This document shows positions 1 to 12,779 of a DNA stretch of 64,000 bases, one piece after another. The stretch is from Vicugna vicugna (Eukaryota). A program made the position numbers and the translations under genes. Numbering within the stretch: the first letter of the stretch is position 1; each line of letters opens with the position of its first letter. The notes beneath the pieces were generated by a model, which did not search any database, was not told where the DNA came from, and saw only the letters and a program-made list of their open reading frames with translations. Location of the stretch: contig MU057560.1 in assembly GCA_013265495.1 (NCBI GenBank), positions 124,001-188,000 on the forward strand, given 5' to 3'.

Positions 1-2250
1 GTGATGAATCACTCCCACCCCTCCTGGCCAAAGGAGTATCAACAAAAGCATGGTGAGGGGGTGGGACTCCCACCACCGCCCAGCAGTAATGAGGAGCCCG
101 TCACCCCTTGAGTGCTGATGGAGGCGGAGTGAAATCTAGACTTCTATCCCTGAGTGACAGAAATAAGGCATCAACCTTCCCCTCCCCCCTACACCAGTGT
201 GGTCTCCAAGTAAACCAGCTAAAACAGAAATCTTAAATAAGATCCAGATTTTCATTACTTAATACTGAAACTGCCTGGGTTTCTACTGGAAGTGTGTCAC
301 CATACCAGAACCTGAAAAAACATCAAATTAAAGGAAATGAGACAATGAATAGATGCCAACATTAAGATGACAGAGAAGTTGACAGAGAAATTAGGATCAT
401 TTGACAACAATTTTAAAGCAGCCATGATAAAAAGGTTTCAATGAATAATTATGAAAATGCTTGAAACAAAGGAAAAAAAATCTCAAGAAGGAAATGAAGA
501 AGAAACAAATAGAAATTTTAGAAGTGAAAAATGCAATAACTTAAAAAAAAAACTCAATGAATGGCTCAACAGCAGAATAGACAGGAAAGAACTCCAATGG
601 ACTTGAAAACGGAGCAACAGAAATCTGATCAACAAGAAAAAATAGACTGGAAAAATTTTAAGGACACTTAACAAACAAAATAACATTTGTATTTTCAATG
701 ATTAGGAAGAAAAGGAGAAAGAGGGCTGAAGAGGCAATCAAGGGAATAATGACTGTAAAGTCTTCAAATTTAACAAAAACCATAAACTTACAGATTCAAG
801 AAGTTGAGTGAATCCCAAAAAGAAATTTATAACACAACATGTCATTATCAAATTTCTGAAAATAAAGATAAAGAAAAAATCTTGAACAGAATGAGAAAGA
901 AATGACACCTTAACTTTAGGGAAAAATCAATTTGAATGATAGCAGATTTCTTTTCAGAAACCATGGAGGCCAGAAGGAAAAGACATAATATTTTTTAAGA
1001 ACGGAAATAAAAAGAATTTTACCCAGAACTCTATATCCAGCAAAAATATTATTCAGTAAAATAGGGAAAATCTAAACAGAAACTTTTCTAAACAGAAACA
1101 ACAGAAAAATGAAAGAATATTTGAAAACCAGGAAGGAAGAAACACAACAGATGAGTAAAAATGTGACTAAATATATTTTTCCTCTGCTTTAGTTATCTGA
1201 ATTATATTTCATGATTGAGACAAAAATTATAACACTGACATGGCTTTAAATATATGTAGAAGAAATATTTAAGGCAACTATATTACAATTGTCATGTGGG
1301 AGAACAAAGAAATATAAAGGAAAATGAGTTTTTAATACTTCATGTGAACAAGTAAAATGTCAAAATTAATAGACAGCTATACATACTTACATAGTGTAAA
1401 ACCCAGAAAACTACCAAAATAGCCATACTGACAAATCCACTTCTAAATACAATAAATAAATCAAAATAAAATTCTAAAAAATGTTCAAGTCATTCAGGGG
1501 AAGACAGAGGAAAAAAAAAATAAACACAGAGAAATGAAAAGCAGAAAGAACAAACAGAAAACCAAAAAGTGAAATGATAGACCCAAGTCCTAACATATCA
1601 ACAACTACATCGCGTGTAAAGGGTCTAAATACACAAATTCAAACACTGAAATAAGCAAGGTGGATTAAAAACATGAGCCAACTGTGTATCACCTATGAGA
1701 AACTCACATCACATATGACAATATAGGTAGGTTGAGAGTAAAAGGATGAGAAAAATATGTCATGCAAACATTAATCAAAAGAAAAACAAGACATATTAAC
1801 AGATAAAATACGCTTGTGAGCAAAGAAAATGACCAGAGACTGAGAGAGACTTAACTTAATGATAATAGTGTCAATTCGTGAAGAAGACACAGCAATCCTA
1901 AATGTGCACGCATCAAACAACATAGCTGCAAATTATACAGAGCAAAATCTTATTACTGAAGGAAGAAAAAGACCACTCACAATTGCAGTTGGGGAATTTA
2001 ATACCTCCTCAAAATCAACAGAACAACCGGACAGAAAATAGACTTGAAAAGAGATAAACTCAACAATATTATCAATCAAAACATTATCAAAATTTATACA
2101 ATGTTCCACCTAACAACAGCAGATTGTGAAATTTTTAAAATGCTCATTGAACATATACCAAGATAGACCATATCCTGAGTCATCAAACAAACCCCACCAA
2201 ATATGAAAGAACTGGACCATTTGCAGCATGTTCTCTGATCGCTGTGGAGA
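1..2250 (+). mobile_element. Old LINE-1 (L1M-type) 5' portion: degraded ORF1, long inter-ORF spacer, ORF2 endonuclease domain
   Basis: The + strand is A-rich. About 1575-1710 resembles the L1 EN N-terminus (LNVNGLN..W.K..PT.CCLQETH). ORF 1859-2041 (REEDTAILNVHASN..TIAVGEFNT) matches EN 'QEDITILNIYAPN..TIIVGDFNT'. An 'MFSD' motif sits near 2228-2240. Many frameshifts and stops. Confidence 0.9.
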
Positions 2251-2329
2251 CATTACATGTGTATTAATAAGCTCTTAATGATATAGCACCACTTTCATAA
2301 TATCTAATATAAAACAAAACAAGCATATC

Positions 2330-2625
2330 TATTGACAGTGAAATATACTTTTCTTTATGAATCCTGGAGAAATACTTACACGTGTTCACAAGGAGGCATG
2401 GTTAAAGATGTTCACTGCAACTTTACTTACAATTGTAATAGATTATGAAACACTTAAATGTTTTTCAGCAAGGCAATGGTTAAATAAGCCTGCTGACACA
2501 TACCACTGCATAACCCATGATCAAATATGAAGTAGATCCACGTATTTTAACAGGGAGACATATTTAAAGTATATTAAGTGAAAAAAAGCAAATTAAATGA
2601 CAACATGGTAAAAATTATCTAATGC
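2330..2625 (+). mobile_element. Old L1 (L1ME-like) 3' region fragment
   Basis: 'aagatgttcactgcaacttta...cttaaatg...gcaatggttaaataa' resembles L1M ORF2-end/3'UTR consensus. A probable continuation lies at about 3090-3260. Confidence 0.65.
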
Positions 2626-2629
2626 CACA

Positions 2630-3090
2630 AGAATCCTGCATCGCAGACCACCACAGAAACTTAGTGCCTTCCAGGATAAACACCATCAGTTTAGACTGGG
2701 CACGACTGGGAAGTTACATCTCAGCTGGGCACCTACACCTGTCTGATGAACAGCTAAGGGTCACCTGACCTAGGATGGTCATGGCGGGATGACTAGGGGA
2801 ACCTGGCTCTATTCTTCACCTGCCTTGTCCTCCAGAAGGACAACACAGACATCTCCTAGGGAAGACTGAGGCACAAGGGAGCAAGTGGAAACACACAGGC
2901 TTCTCACAGCCTAGCTGGCAAGGGAATATAATTCTTCTGCCTCATTCTATGGCTCAAAAGGAGTCACATGGATGAGCCCAAATTCAAGGGCTGGAGAAAG
3001 AGACTCCGTCTCTTTTATGAGAGAAACCAAAAGGCCATGATAAAGGGGGAGGGGGAGAGATAGAGTCATTAATGCAATCAACCCACCACA
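2630..3090 (-). mobile_element. MaLR LTR (old MLT1, J/K/L-like)
   Basis: 'ttctgcctcattctatggctcaaaaggagtcacatggatgagcccaaattcaaggg...aatcaacccaccaca' matches the reverse complement of an old MLT1 LTR 5' part. Confidence 0.7.
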
Positions 3091-3419
3091 AGTATCTACA
3101 GTTACATAGTACATCATCTCTTGGGTATGGGGGGTACTGAATTCTTAGATTGCTGGGGAAGACACAAACACAAAGGATAATTTAGCTGGAGCTGGATCAC
3201 TGACTTTTTACACTGAGGATATTTTCATGTTTTTTTGTGTTAAAAACGTACAGGCTATAAAAAAACTAGTAAGACTTGTACAGAATTTAGAGATATAAAC
3301 AAGAAAACTATACATTATGTATGAGATCTGAGGTGTGTGGAAGTAACCTGATAATGTCTTCAAGGGTCAGATTGAGAAGAGCTGGTACCCTAGTCTGTAA
3401 CAGTAAGTCATCTGGTTTG

Positions 3420-3620
3420 CTGACATTTATTGCATTTGCTACATCCCAGGGATTTTTCAAATATTTCATTTAATTATCCCAGGGATTTGCAAGTATGGTA
3501 TTACGGTACCTGTTCTAGAGACAGGACAGCTGAGCCTCGGGGAAAGTAAGTAACTTAACCAAGTTTACCCCATTGATAAGGGAGGAGCTGGCATTGCACA
3601 TGCTATTTCTAATGCTCATG
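3420..3620 (-). mobile_element. MIR SINE
   Basis: Antisense MIR core 'acagctgagcctcggggaaagtaagtaacttaaccaag'. Confidence 0.75.
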
Positions 3621-5989
3621 ACTTCGCCCCAGATTCCTTTCATCCATCAACAAGGCATCAGCTGTGTCAACACACGTGGAACCCAGGTAGGCAGAGAGCA
3701 AAATTGGGTAGGCTAGACGTAAAGAGATTTTCTTGAATTGATTTTACAGTAGACAGTTTTTGGTGGCACAGAAAACCACAAAGGAAATGTCACTTTCCTC
3801 AAACACACATTCACAAAGCCCACACAGATGGAGAAATGAACAAAGGAACACGTTCTGAGTCGAGTCAGCAGTAAAGTAGGGCTGCTGCTCCTTGGTTCCC
3901 TCGCTCTCTGTTTTCCTTCCTGCTTGCTGGCATTATTTTTTATGAGAGAGAAAAATACACCAGGAAATAAAAATACCGCATTTGGTTAGCGTTTCCTAGC
4001 GCACAGATTAGTAAAGAAATGCCTCATGCCTGCGTGCAACTGCTGAAGCTGTAATTGGCCGCATGTGGGGTTTGCGCCGTTGGCCCTTTAATAAGGGGGA
4101 GACTGGCGTGAGCAGCCCGCTTCCACATGGCCCCGCAGCTTCTGGCCCCAGCATGACCATCATCAGATGTCTTTTTTGTCCCGGGGCTGGGTGGTCAGGA
4201 AACAGGTTCTCCTTGTCTTGTCCTTGAGAGCCGATGCGATCACCAGGTGGCCCTCGATGGCAGGGCTCCAGTAATTTGACATCATTTTTGGCTCGGGATT
4301 ACTGACAAATTTCTACAAATCTTGATGGTTTCAAAACATGAAAGTAAAATCATGTCACACTGCTAGCTGGAAAGCATGCCTTTCTTTTTGTTATTTTTGC
4401 CTCAGTTTATTTTCCAGAATTCTGGAGAACTATGGCTTCTTCCCCTTCATCTTGGTGCGTTCTCTCTCAGTTACAATGCACAGCAAGATAGCCGCATGAA
4501 GATTCCTGTCATAAGCTGTAATTCAAATACATATCTTTGTCTAGAAATGGTGCAAGTTTTAATCCCTGGTCCAGAAACTGTGAAAGGCCAGCTGTGGCCA
4601 GAGTTAAGGCCGACCGAGGAGCAGAACAGTTATTAAAATCCTAAGCATAAGAGAGGTTGTTAAAATCTATTAGAAAACAAAGACAACGGCAATAAAAAAT
4701 GTTGATTTTTCTTTTTACCTAAACATTCTCCAAGAGGTCATGGACTACAGGTGTAATATTGCCTAATGAGGAAATTTGTTTTGATACAATTTCACATTCT
4801 TTTTTTTTTTTTAGTTCTTCTATAATGTATGGTTGAAGAACTGGGGTGCTGTAAGTACCTAGAATGGAGGACAGCCAGCACCGATGTTCCCTGGATTTAT
4901 CAGTAGTTTGTGATAGAGAACCAATACACAAGCCATGGAGGTCGCACCGACGCAGCAGTGAAAGGTTTTTGGAAAGAGGGTCTGAGGAGGTGTGCTGCTC
5001 TTGTTGCAATATGGTCAGTATTTGGAGTTTCAGTCCCCACTTTTAAACCATTATTCTTCTGAGATGGATTCCCTTTATTTCTCACTTGATCATTTGGTGG
5101 GCATGAGCAAGGCCAGTGGCAGCTTAATGAGAGTGCTCTGAGCCTTCCACCAGCAAGGCCTGCTCTCCCGTTCCCCGAAGGCGCTATAGTTGAAATATTT
5201 TTGTCTTCTCAACTGCACTTTACAAGGAATAGCACTTTTATTGTCTCATGTTTTATTCATCAAAAACTATACAACTGCCAATCAAGGCTTCTGATGACAG
5301 GAGACTCCCAGGCTACCAGCATGAGGTTGACAACAGCCAGGCAGGGGTGGCTTGTTTTGTGGTTTGTGGGGGGTTTGGAGCTCAGTCACTTGCTTTGTGG
5401 TGTTGGCAAGCTGTTTAACCAATCCGTCTCTCTCTTTCTGTCTGTCTGTCTCTCTTTCCCTCCCTCTCCCTCGACACTTGTAAAATTCAGTGCTGAGAAG
5501 CTGCGAGATTGTTGTAAGCGATGCTGAGACCACAGGGTGGGAGTTATACTTCTAAATAGGACAAACGCCTGTGCAAAGGGAGAGGAACCTGAGAATTGAC
5601 ATTTAAGCAAGGAGAGCCGCTTATCTACACAACCCTCTCCTAGCTGACATGAAGCTGATGGTCCAGATGATGCTGGACAGAAAAATGCGTCAAGGGCACG
5701 GCGGCTACACCCAGGGCGGCCATGAGGCTGGAGCACCGGGAAAAAACACAAGGGTGTCGGGTGCTGTGCAGGGCCACCTAGAGAAACGCACACCCAGTTT
5801 ACCCATCTCAGAGTTAGGGGGACAGGACCAGACTCTGGAAGTCGACTACACTGCCTCTGGGAGTTGAGGTCTGGGTTCTCCCCGCAGACATGTACCATTG
5901 ATTGTGCCAAGAAATATGAGGCAAAGCACAAGGTAGCATGTGTATTTATAGTATTGAACTAGGGAAATAGTGGCCATAATTGTTTAAAC

Positions 5990-6165
5990 TCCACTAGGGA
6001 CCAGGCCCCCTGATGAGTGCTTTACAAACATTGCCTATTCTAGGCTCACACAAATCCTATTTTTCAAATAGGAAAAGAGGCTTATAAAGATTAAATGATT
6101 ATCTCAGTATGTGCAGCTAGAAATTGTCCAAGTTGGGGGTCAGCACTAGGCTCTTTGATGGAATA
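5990..6165 (-). mobile_element. MIR SINE
   Basis: 'gtgctttacaaacatt...gaggcttataaagattaaatgatt...gcagctagaa' resembles antisense MIR. Confidence 0.6.
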
Positions 6166-8056
6166 GCCATACATCTTCCAACGCACTACCCCACGTATGC
6201 CCCAGGGAGCCGGGAAACCATCGCCCCCTTGTATTTTCATAGCATGTCACATACGGATAGTGTTACATCTACTGTCCAGCATCGCCTTTATACTCTGAAG
6301 ACATTAGAATGTTTTCTAAAATTAAATGGCAAGTTAAGAGGCTCTTAAGAAAGAGAACGTGGCCTTGAACTCAAGCTTTCCAAGGCCAGAGCTGTGATGT
6401 CTTCACCGTGCGAGCTGTCAGTGGAAACAGTAATCCTCCCAGACTTGAGGGGGTGACAGGCGCAGACAGGGTCAGCAAGAATCAGCTTCAGGGAGGAGGT
6501 GGGCTTGAATTGGCCCAGGAAGTGCACGTGGGGTTTTGTCAGTGAGAGAGCAATGAAGGAAGACAAATCAGGAAAAACGCTTCCTCTGCTAGGACTTGCA
6601 CCAAACATAATTCATAGACGTCTACCTTTTGTATCCATGCTGTGGAAATACCTACAGTTTGATGTCTTTATAATGAGGTTATTTTGATACATAAGTAATG
6701 AGCTCTCTCAGATAATTTTCAACTTGGGCCTGGCTGTTCTGTCCTTCTTATGACGGAGGGAAGGGTGCCAACGCAATGAGCACGCCTCGGACAGAGACTT
6801 CTCCGCCTTCATTCTGACGTCCTCAAGCCGGACTTCCCAACTGTTTCCTCAGAAGAGCTTCCACGCGGGGAAAAGGGAGGTTTTAACCCTGTCTGGAGTG
6901 AGGGCCCATGGGGGATGTTGCCTAAACACAGAGTGTGCCATTTTTATTTTGAGCTTCAGAAATTTTGAACACTTTTGTTTTATCTTGTTAAAAATGTGTT
7001 TCTTCCAAAAGATTCCTGCATTTGTTTTAATATAAAACATGTTCTTGATCATCATAGATTAAAATAATCATTGTGTCCCTGGGGGTGCACTGCTGCAACT
7101 TCCCAGGGGGGACCCCTCCCCCGCAATCCCAGTGTGACAAGCCCTGTATCTCCAGTGTGACTTTTAGGTCCTCAGTTTTCATGTGTTCATCCCCCACGCC
7201 AACCTTGTGGCAATATGACTCATCGATGTTTGGATAGAAATGAAGGATTGTCTTTTCTTTGGTAGACAGGGAGTTTCAGCTGGAAAAAAGGCCAAATGGA
7301 ATTATAACGACATAGTTTTGTGTTCACTGTGCATTTTAAAAGAGTATATACCTTGGCAAGACCTTGCCACTTGATAACTGTAAGAATTCTTCTGCTAATT
7401 GAAGACAACTTCTAACCTGAAGGACTAAATCTTTTGACGCATTGCTTTCCTCCTGATGTTGCCCTGTGACCCATCTTCAGGGCTTAGGGTTAATGCCAGT
7501 TTCTAAGCACTCTGTCTTGAAGAGGAGCTTCTACTGGGAGCTTCCCACCATCTACTTTGCTTGCTTTGAGGCTGCATGGCTTTCAAAATAACAAGAGAAG
7601 AGGACCATGAGCAAGCCCAGAAGGTCCCTGGTGACTACAGCAAGGAGCCTGGTCTCTCTGGATAAAGAAATCTATTCAAGAAGGTTTCTTGGCCAGCTCT
7701 GGGCCTCTGCCCCTGTTCTCCACACGCCCACAGCTGGACGAAGCAGCGAGCATTGGCTGGCTGAGAACTCCAGCTGGTGGTCCCTGGGAAAGGCGCGTCC
7801 GTGAGCAGCATTTGACCCGCAGCTCCCGTGCTAGTCAGGTGCTGTGCTTTCTGAGGATCACCTGAGGCCATAATTATGAATTGTTTAAGTGAATTTGGTT
7901 CAATAACCTTGATGTGTAGAAAACAAATGGAAGGAAAGTACAGTCAGGGGAAAATGGGGGCTGTTGTTTAGAAGGCCCACGTCAGGAACGCACACAACGG
8001 GCACCAGGACCAGGAGGGCCAACGGGAGGCAGAGTGAACCAGTGGAGCTTAGAGGA

Positions 8057-8091
8057 CTTCGGAGGTGCCCTTCGGAGGTGCCCTTTGGAGG
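8057..8091. repeat. 13-bp tandem repeat (cttcggaggtgcc), about 2.7 copies
   Basis: Read directly: two exact copies followed by the partial copy ctttggagg. Confidence 0.9.
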
Positions 8092-8479
8092 AAGAATGGG
8101 AGCCACTTTCCTAGCACTTAAGTGTGGGTGGGGTGATGGTGGGGGCGTGCCCAAGGCTGGCTCGCCTGCCTCCCCTCCCAGAGATGGCTGCACCCTGACC
8201 CTCGCCCTCACCCAGAGTAAAGGCTGAGAGGCAAGCTCCTTCTATCTCTTCTTTGTCAGCATTATGCAAAGGTTTCAATCAGGAATTAGTCGTAAGGTGA
8301 ACAAGCAGATCAAGATATCAGACGGAAACTAAATGACTGGCCGGGTGGAAACCACCAGTTGGGGCTGACGCCATCAGCTCACTGAGAGACAAGTGTCCTT
8401 GGTGAACAGAGGCAAGGTCTGTTAAGGGCTATTTTATTGTTGACAGGAGATTGACTGTTTTGCTTTCACGAAGACCCTC

Positions 8480-8780
8480 AGACTCCCCACGCTGCAAGGC
8501 AGCGGGATGTGTTCTCGCGTTGCAGCGCGGTACAGCTGCTTGGAGGGCTACACAGTCGTGAAGCTCCCGACTTCGTGCGGCTGTGGCGCTGCGTTTTCCA
8601 GCTGACGGGCGCGGACCTTGCTCTGGGGAAAAGGGTGGCGGCTGTTTTCCAAGCTGATAAGCATCGCCCCGAGTCGCAGGGGCTGGTTCAGAGACGGGCA
8701 GGTGCTGACTGCCAGGGGCACGTAGCTGTCGAGCCATTGCCAGTCACCTCGGGGCGACAAGACGAGACGGAGTGGACAGA
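8480..8780. promoter_or_regulatory. Small CpG-rich island-like segment
   Basis: About 26 CpGs counted by eye in about 290 bp of GC-rich sequence, against a CpG-depleted background. Confidence 0.55.
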
Positions 8781-9659
8781 GCAAAGGCTGGGGATGCAGG
8801 GCTAGAAAGACGAGAGAGTACCAGGTTCAAATGACAGTTTCATCAAACTCTGCCCTAAACCAGTTGCGTCTTAGGACACAAAGGCCAATAGATTACATAC
8901 ACCATTCATGCTAGATCAGACTGCCTTCTTGTGCTATTTGCAACCTAAGCACTCTATCTGATTCGCTGTAAAATCCTGGCATTTGGAAGTTTCCTTTTAG
9001 TGTTTTTGTTTCTGTATAATGAATGGCATTACATGCAATTCCCTTGTAAGCCGTCTCAAAGTGTGAAGGGGGGAGGTAGCGTGTGACTTTTGTACAGTAC
9101 TGGGTGACTGACACATTGCTGTGGACTTTACAACTTAAACTGGGTAAGCGAGACATGACACACACAGCACACACACACACGTGCTGCGTGAGAATGCAGC
9201 ACAATGCACAGGGCTGGGAGGAACTCGGGCTAGGACCTCTTGGCTCTGCCCCTGATTATTCCCCAGATTTTGGCAAATTTACTTACAATTCACTTTGGCA
9301 AAATTGCTGTAGATTAGATGAATCTTAATATTTCCATGACGTTTAACCAAGTGGTCTCACACAAATGGTCTCATTTAACACTGAACCAGTTCTACAAGAC
9401 AAGAAAGGGCACTTGTGAAAAATGCAGACTCCCTGGCGGGAGTCTAAGACTGATGACGGCGAATGTGGGGAGCAGGACGCGGCGACTCGTGTCTGTCCCG
9501 TCGCTCCAGGAGACCACTGCGTTCAGGTAGGATGGGGACCCGACAGCACCCATCCTCGGTGTTTACCTGACACCCTGTGGTCTTTGCAGCGGCCCTTGGG
9601 AGCCCCAGCTCTCCCTGTCCGCACACAGCTGCCTAGGAAAACGCCATCCTTCTCCAGGG

Positions 9660-9800
9660 CAGGCACATTGGAACCCCTGGATCCAGCTTTGTTTGAAGCC
9701 TTCCTGCCCTTGCATTTTCAAGTTCTGTGAATAAACACATTTCCTTTTTGCTTGATCAGTTTGAATCGGGTGTCTATCAGCGGCAGAAAGAGCCTGGCTG
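9660..9800 (+). mobile_element. MLT1 (I/J/K-like) LTR 3' end
   Basis: 'ccctggatccagct...gaagcc...gaataaacacatttcctttttgcttgatcagtttgaatcgggt' matches the old MLT1 poly(A) region. Confidence 0.7.
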
Positions 9801-10609
9801 TTGTAAGACTACTGGGGGCCCCGTGTGGTCTGCATCCCCCCAGAAACCTGCACCCGCACAGACGTTTCTTTCTTCCCACTTTTGAGAGTGACCCGTAGTT
9901 CTTCCCTGTAGACCTACTCAGTACCTGTTCCGTTTATCTCCGACCTGACAGCCCATTCGGTGGGTGAACACCTTGCCATGTTTTCTCTAAGTCTGCTCCT
10001 TTCCAGGCTAAAAACCGTCAGGAGTTCAGAAAAGAGCAGAAAGACGTGTCTGATGTTGAAGTCTACCTCTGCGCGTATCCAGCACTTCTGAGTTATCTCC
10101 TAAGGAGCAGATACCAACCTCTTGCAGATATTTAGACATTTCAGTCCCACCTCCTGGCAAATAAGCTTCTCCTGCCTCAGACAAAATACACATAACTTAG
10201 AGAAGTTCTGCGGCAAGAAGGCTGAGCTGTGGCAAACGTTCTGCTCCTTGGCACGTGTGCTCATTAAGGAACAGGCACATCCAGTCGCAACAAAAGCGGT
10301 GCCTCCTACTCCCTGCTTCCTCGAGGAGAAGGTGCCTGCTACGTTTCATTTTGAGATTTCTGCTCGAGATGGTTAGTGGCCTCCTAGTGCTTAGTATAAT
10401 GAAGTTCTGCGTTTATGTCTCGGCTGCCTGCACTGAGAGTGCAGAAGCTTTACCAAGTTAAGGCCATGTGTCGTCTGTGATACGTAGTGCCTTTGGTCTG
10501 AGTCTTTTGCAGTGACTGCGATCTTTTATAGAGAATTTCTGCATTCCTATTCAGACAGCTCTCACAACGATGCCAGAACAGTAACTCTGATACCTTTAAG
10601 GGCTCACTG

Positions 10610-10800
10610 TGCAGGGGCCAATGTGCCAAGAATGCTATGAATTTTGCTTTATTTAATAACTTCACTGACTCCGTGGACAGATATTGTTACCCTCAATGTG
10701 CAGATGAGGACCTAGAGGGTCACAGAGCTGAGATTATCTGGCAAGGATGGTTCATAAGCTGGTGAATGGAGGAGCCAGACAGGTTCTGATGTATTTCTTT
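10610..10800 (-). mobile_element. MIR SINE
   Basis: 'cagatgaggacctagagggtcacagag...gcaaggat...agctggtgaatggaggagcca' is an antisense MIR core. Confidence 0.65.
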
Positions 10801-10959
10801 CCCCAGTCTGCCTGCTCACCCCTCATTGTCCCCCTATGTGTAATTATAGACTAGGGTTTAACTGTTTGATTCTGACTTTAGCATTTGAGATCGAGAGTCC
10901 CTCCTTCCTCTGTTCTAATTCCATCCTCTTCATAGCATATTTAAAAAATATTAACAGAA

Positions 10960-12250
10960 ATTTGAAGTCACAGTTTTCACCTCCCATCCAAGCTCAATCC
11001 ACGTCTGCCCACGCAGCGTCCTCCCCACCCTGATTCCTCTGTTTCACGAAGGTCATCAGTGACTCCCTAACATCCAGAGCTTCGTCCAGTGCTCTTTTCC
11101 CTTGCCTGTCCTGTCAGGCGAAGGCCTGTCTTTTAAAATAGGAATGCTGCCTGTTTCCTGCGGCAGCTGGGACAAATTTTCACAAATTTGGAGGCTTAAA
11201 AGAAGAGATATTTCTTATATCAGAGTTTTGGAGACCATAAATCCAAAGTCAAGGAGTTGGCAGGACCTCCCTCCCTCGGGGGGATCTGCCGAAGAGCCTG
11301 TTCTCAGCATCTTCCAACATCTGGTGGCAGACAGCCCTCCTGGGCTTGTGTGGCATCTCCCTTCTCTGCTTCCTTTACTTCTTCCCTTACTGGGACTGAT
11401 CCCGAGTGCTCTGCGTGGTGAACTTCTTTCATGCAAAAGGCTGTCCTGGAGTCTTTCCCTGGGCGGCTGACCTGCGTCTGAAGTCAAGTGCGATGTTTCC
11501 CGTTCCCTCAACCCCAGCTTGTTTCTACCGTCTATGGTTTCCATTTCCTCCAGTCGTATTGTCTCCTGCTGCTCACTTCTCATAGTCAAAGCTTCACCCC
11601 CACTTGTGGCTGCATCAGCGTCTTCCCAGCCCTGGTCCTTCCCTCTGGACTCTAAGCCACCACTGTCAGTGGCCATGTTCCTGTGTAAATACGCTGTTCC
11701 TTTGCTCAGTGTGTCATGGTAGTTCCCACCACTCGGCTTGAGAAGATCTCACCAACATCAGTAACACGCAGAGTCTTGCAATCCAGCTCACCCTCTCCAT
11801 CTTTCCAGCATCATCCCGGGCACTTCCTCATCTCTTTCATTTCTGCTGTGCATTAAACATTTCTTACGGGTTTGTACATGTACCATTGCCACGGGCGCTC
11901 TTTTGACTTCACACAGCCTTTCTTTTTCTCCTCGCTTCTCTCTACATGACAAAGTCCTGCTCTGATTTCAGCATTGCTTCAGCGTGGCCTTCCCCTGGAC
12001 CTTTCTTCTCCCTTTGCATGACCTGGAGAGCAGTTCCACCCTTGCTGGCTCTGCTGCCCTTTACAGGTGACACCCCTGTTTCAGCCCATGCCGCACCGGA
12101 TTACTGGTCCTTTACACTTACCTGGCTTCTCTCTTGACTAAGATGCTTGCAGAGGCTGAGGCTGTGTTTCTCCTCATGGGACCCCATTCCTAAGCTGGTG
12201 TCGGGTACAGAGATGGTCAAGAGAAAGAAACACATGAATCAGTGTAGTGC
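10960..12250 (+). mobile_element. LINE-2 3' fragments, interrupted by an MLT1 LTR
   Basis: C/T-rich strand ending in an L2-like tail 'gactaagatgcttgcagaggctgaggctgtgtt...ctggtgtcgggtacagagatggtcaagag...atgaat'. Confidence 0.6.
11150..11385 (-). mobile_element. MLT1B/C-type MaLR LTR fragment
   Basis: 'acaaattttcacaaatttggaggcttaaaagaagaga...agttttggagaccataaatccaaagtcaaggagttggcagg' matches antisense MLT1. Confidence 0.8.
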
Positions 12251-12779
12251 TACCAAGTATGTCTGTCGTTAAGTCGAATACTTCTGGGCGGCATTTAATT
12301 AGACAGTAATTATAATACAGCTTTCGCTACTATTTGCACATTTAGTAGAAAACTTTTGGGCTCTGCTTCATGGTACTGAATATGTGAGGAAAGGCCCCCC
12401 CCCTCCAGGAACAAGCATGTATTTAATTATTATTTGGCTGGATAAACATAGGTAGATCAATTGCACGATTTATCAACTCTTTCTTTTACTTTTTTCCCAT
12501 TATTTTAGCATCAGCACCTGGTGTTTGTCCTGTTGGTGTGGCTTTTCAACTAGACTGAGTCTAGTTATCTTATACTATCTGTTACTTCCTTGACTAAAAT
12601 CTAAGCTCCTAGACAAATGGTCTCATAAGCAGAGTATTTACTGTGACCATTGTCATGCAGAGGAAAATATTACAACTTTCATTTTTACTCACCCATTCAT
12701 TTATTCTTCCATTTCCTAAAATATATATATACTATTTAATAGTCAATGGCCTAAAATGAATACATTTAGCATGTATAAT

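Noticed and set aside
4864..5046. Cys-rich 60-aa ORF as a micro-protein exon
   Set aside because: No family resemblance and no convincing splice or promoter context.
5386..5931. Longest ORF (181 aa, minus strand) as a coding gene
   Set aside because: No recognisable domain, a non-ATG start, and it runs through a CT-rich low-complexity tract. Consistent with chance.
11215..11676. 153-aa minus-strand ORF
   Set aside because: Lies entirely within MLT1 and L2 remnants.
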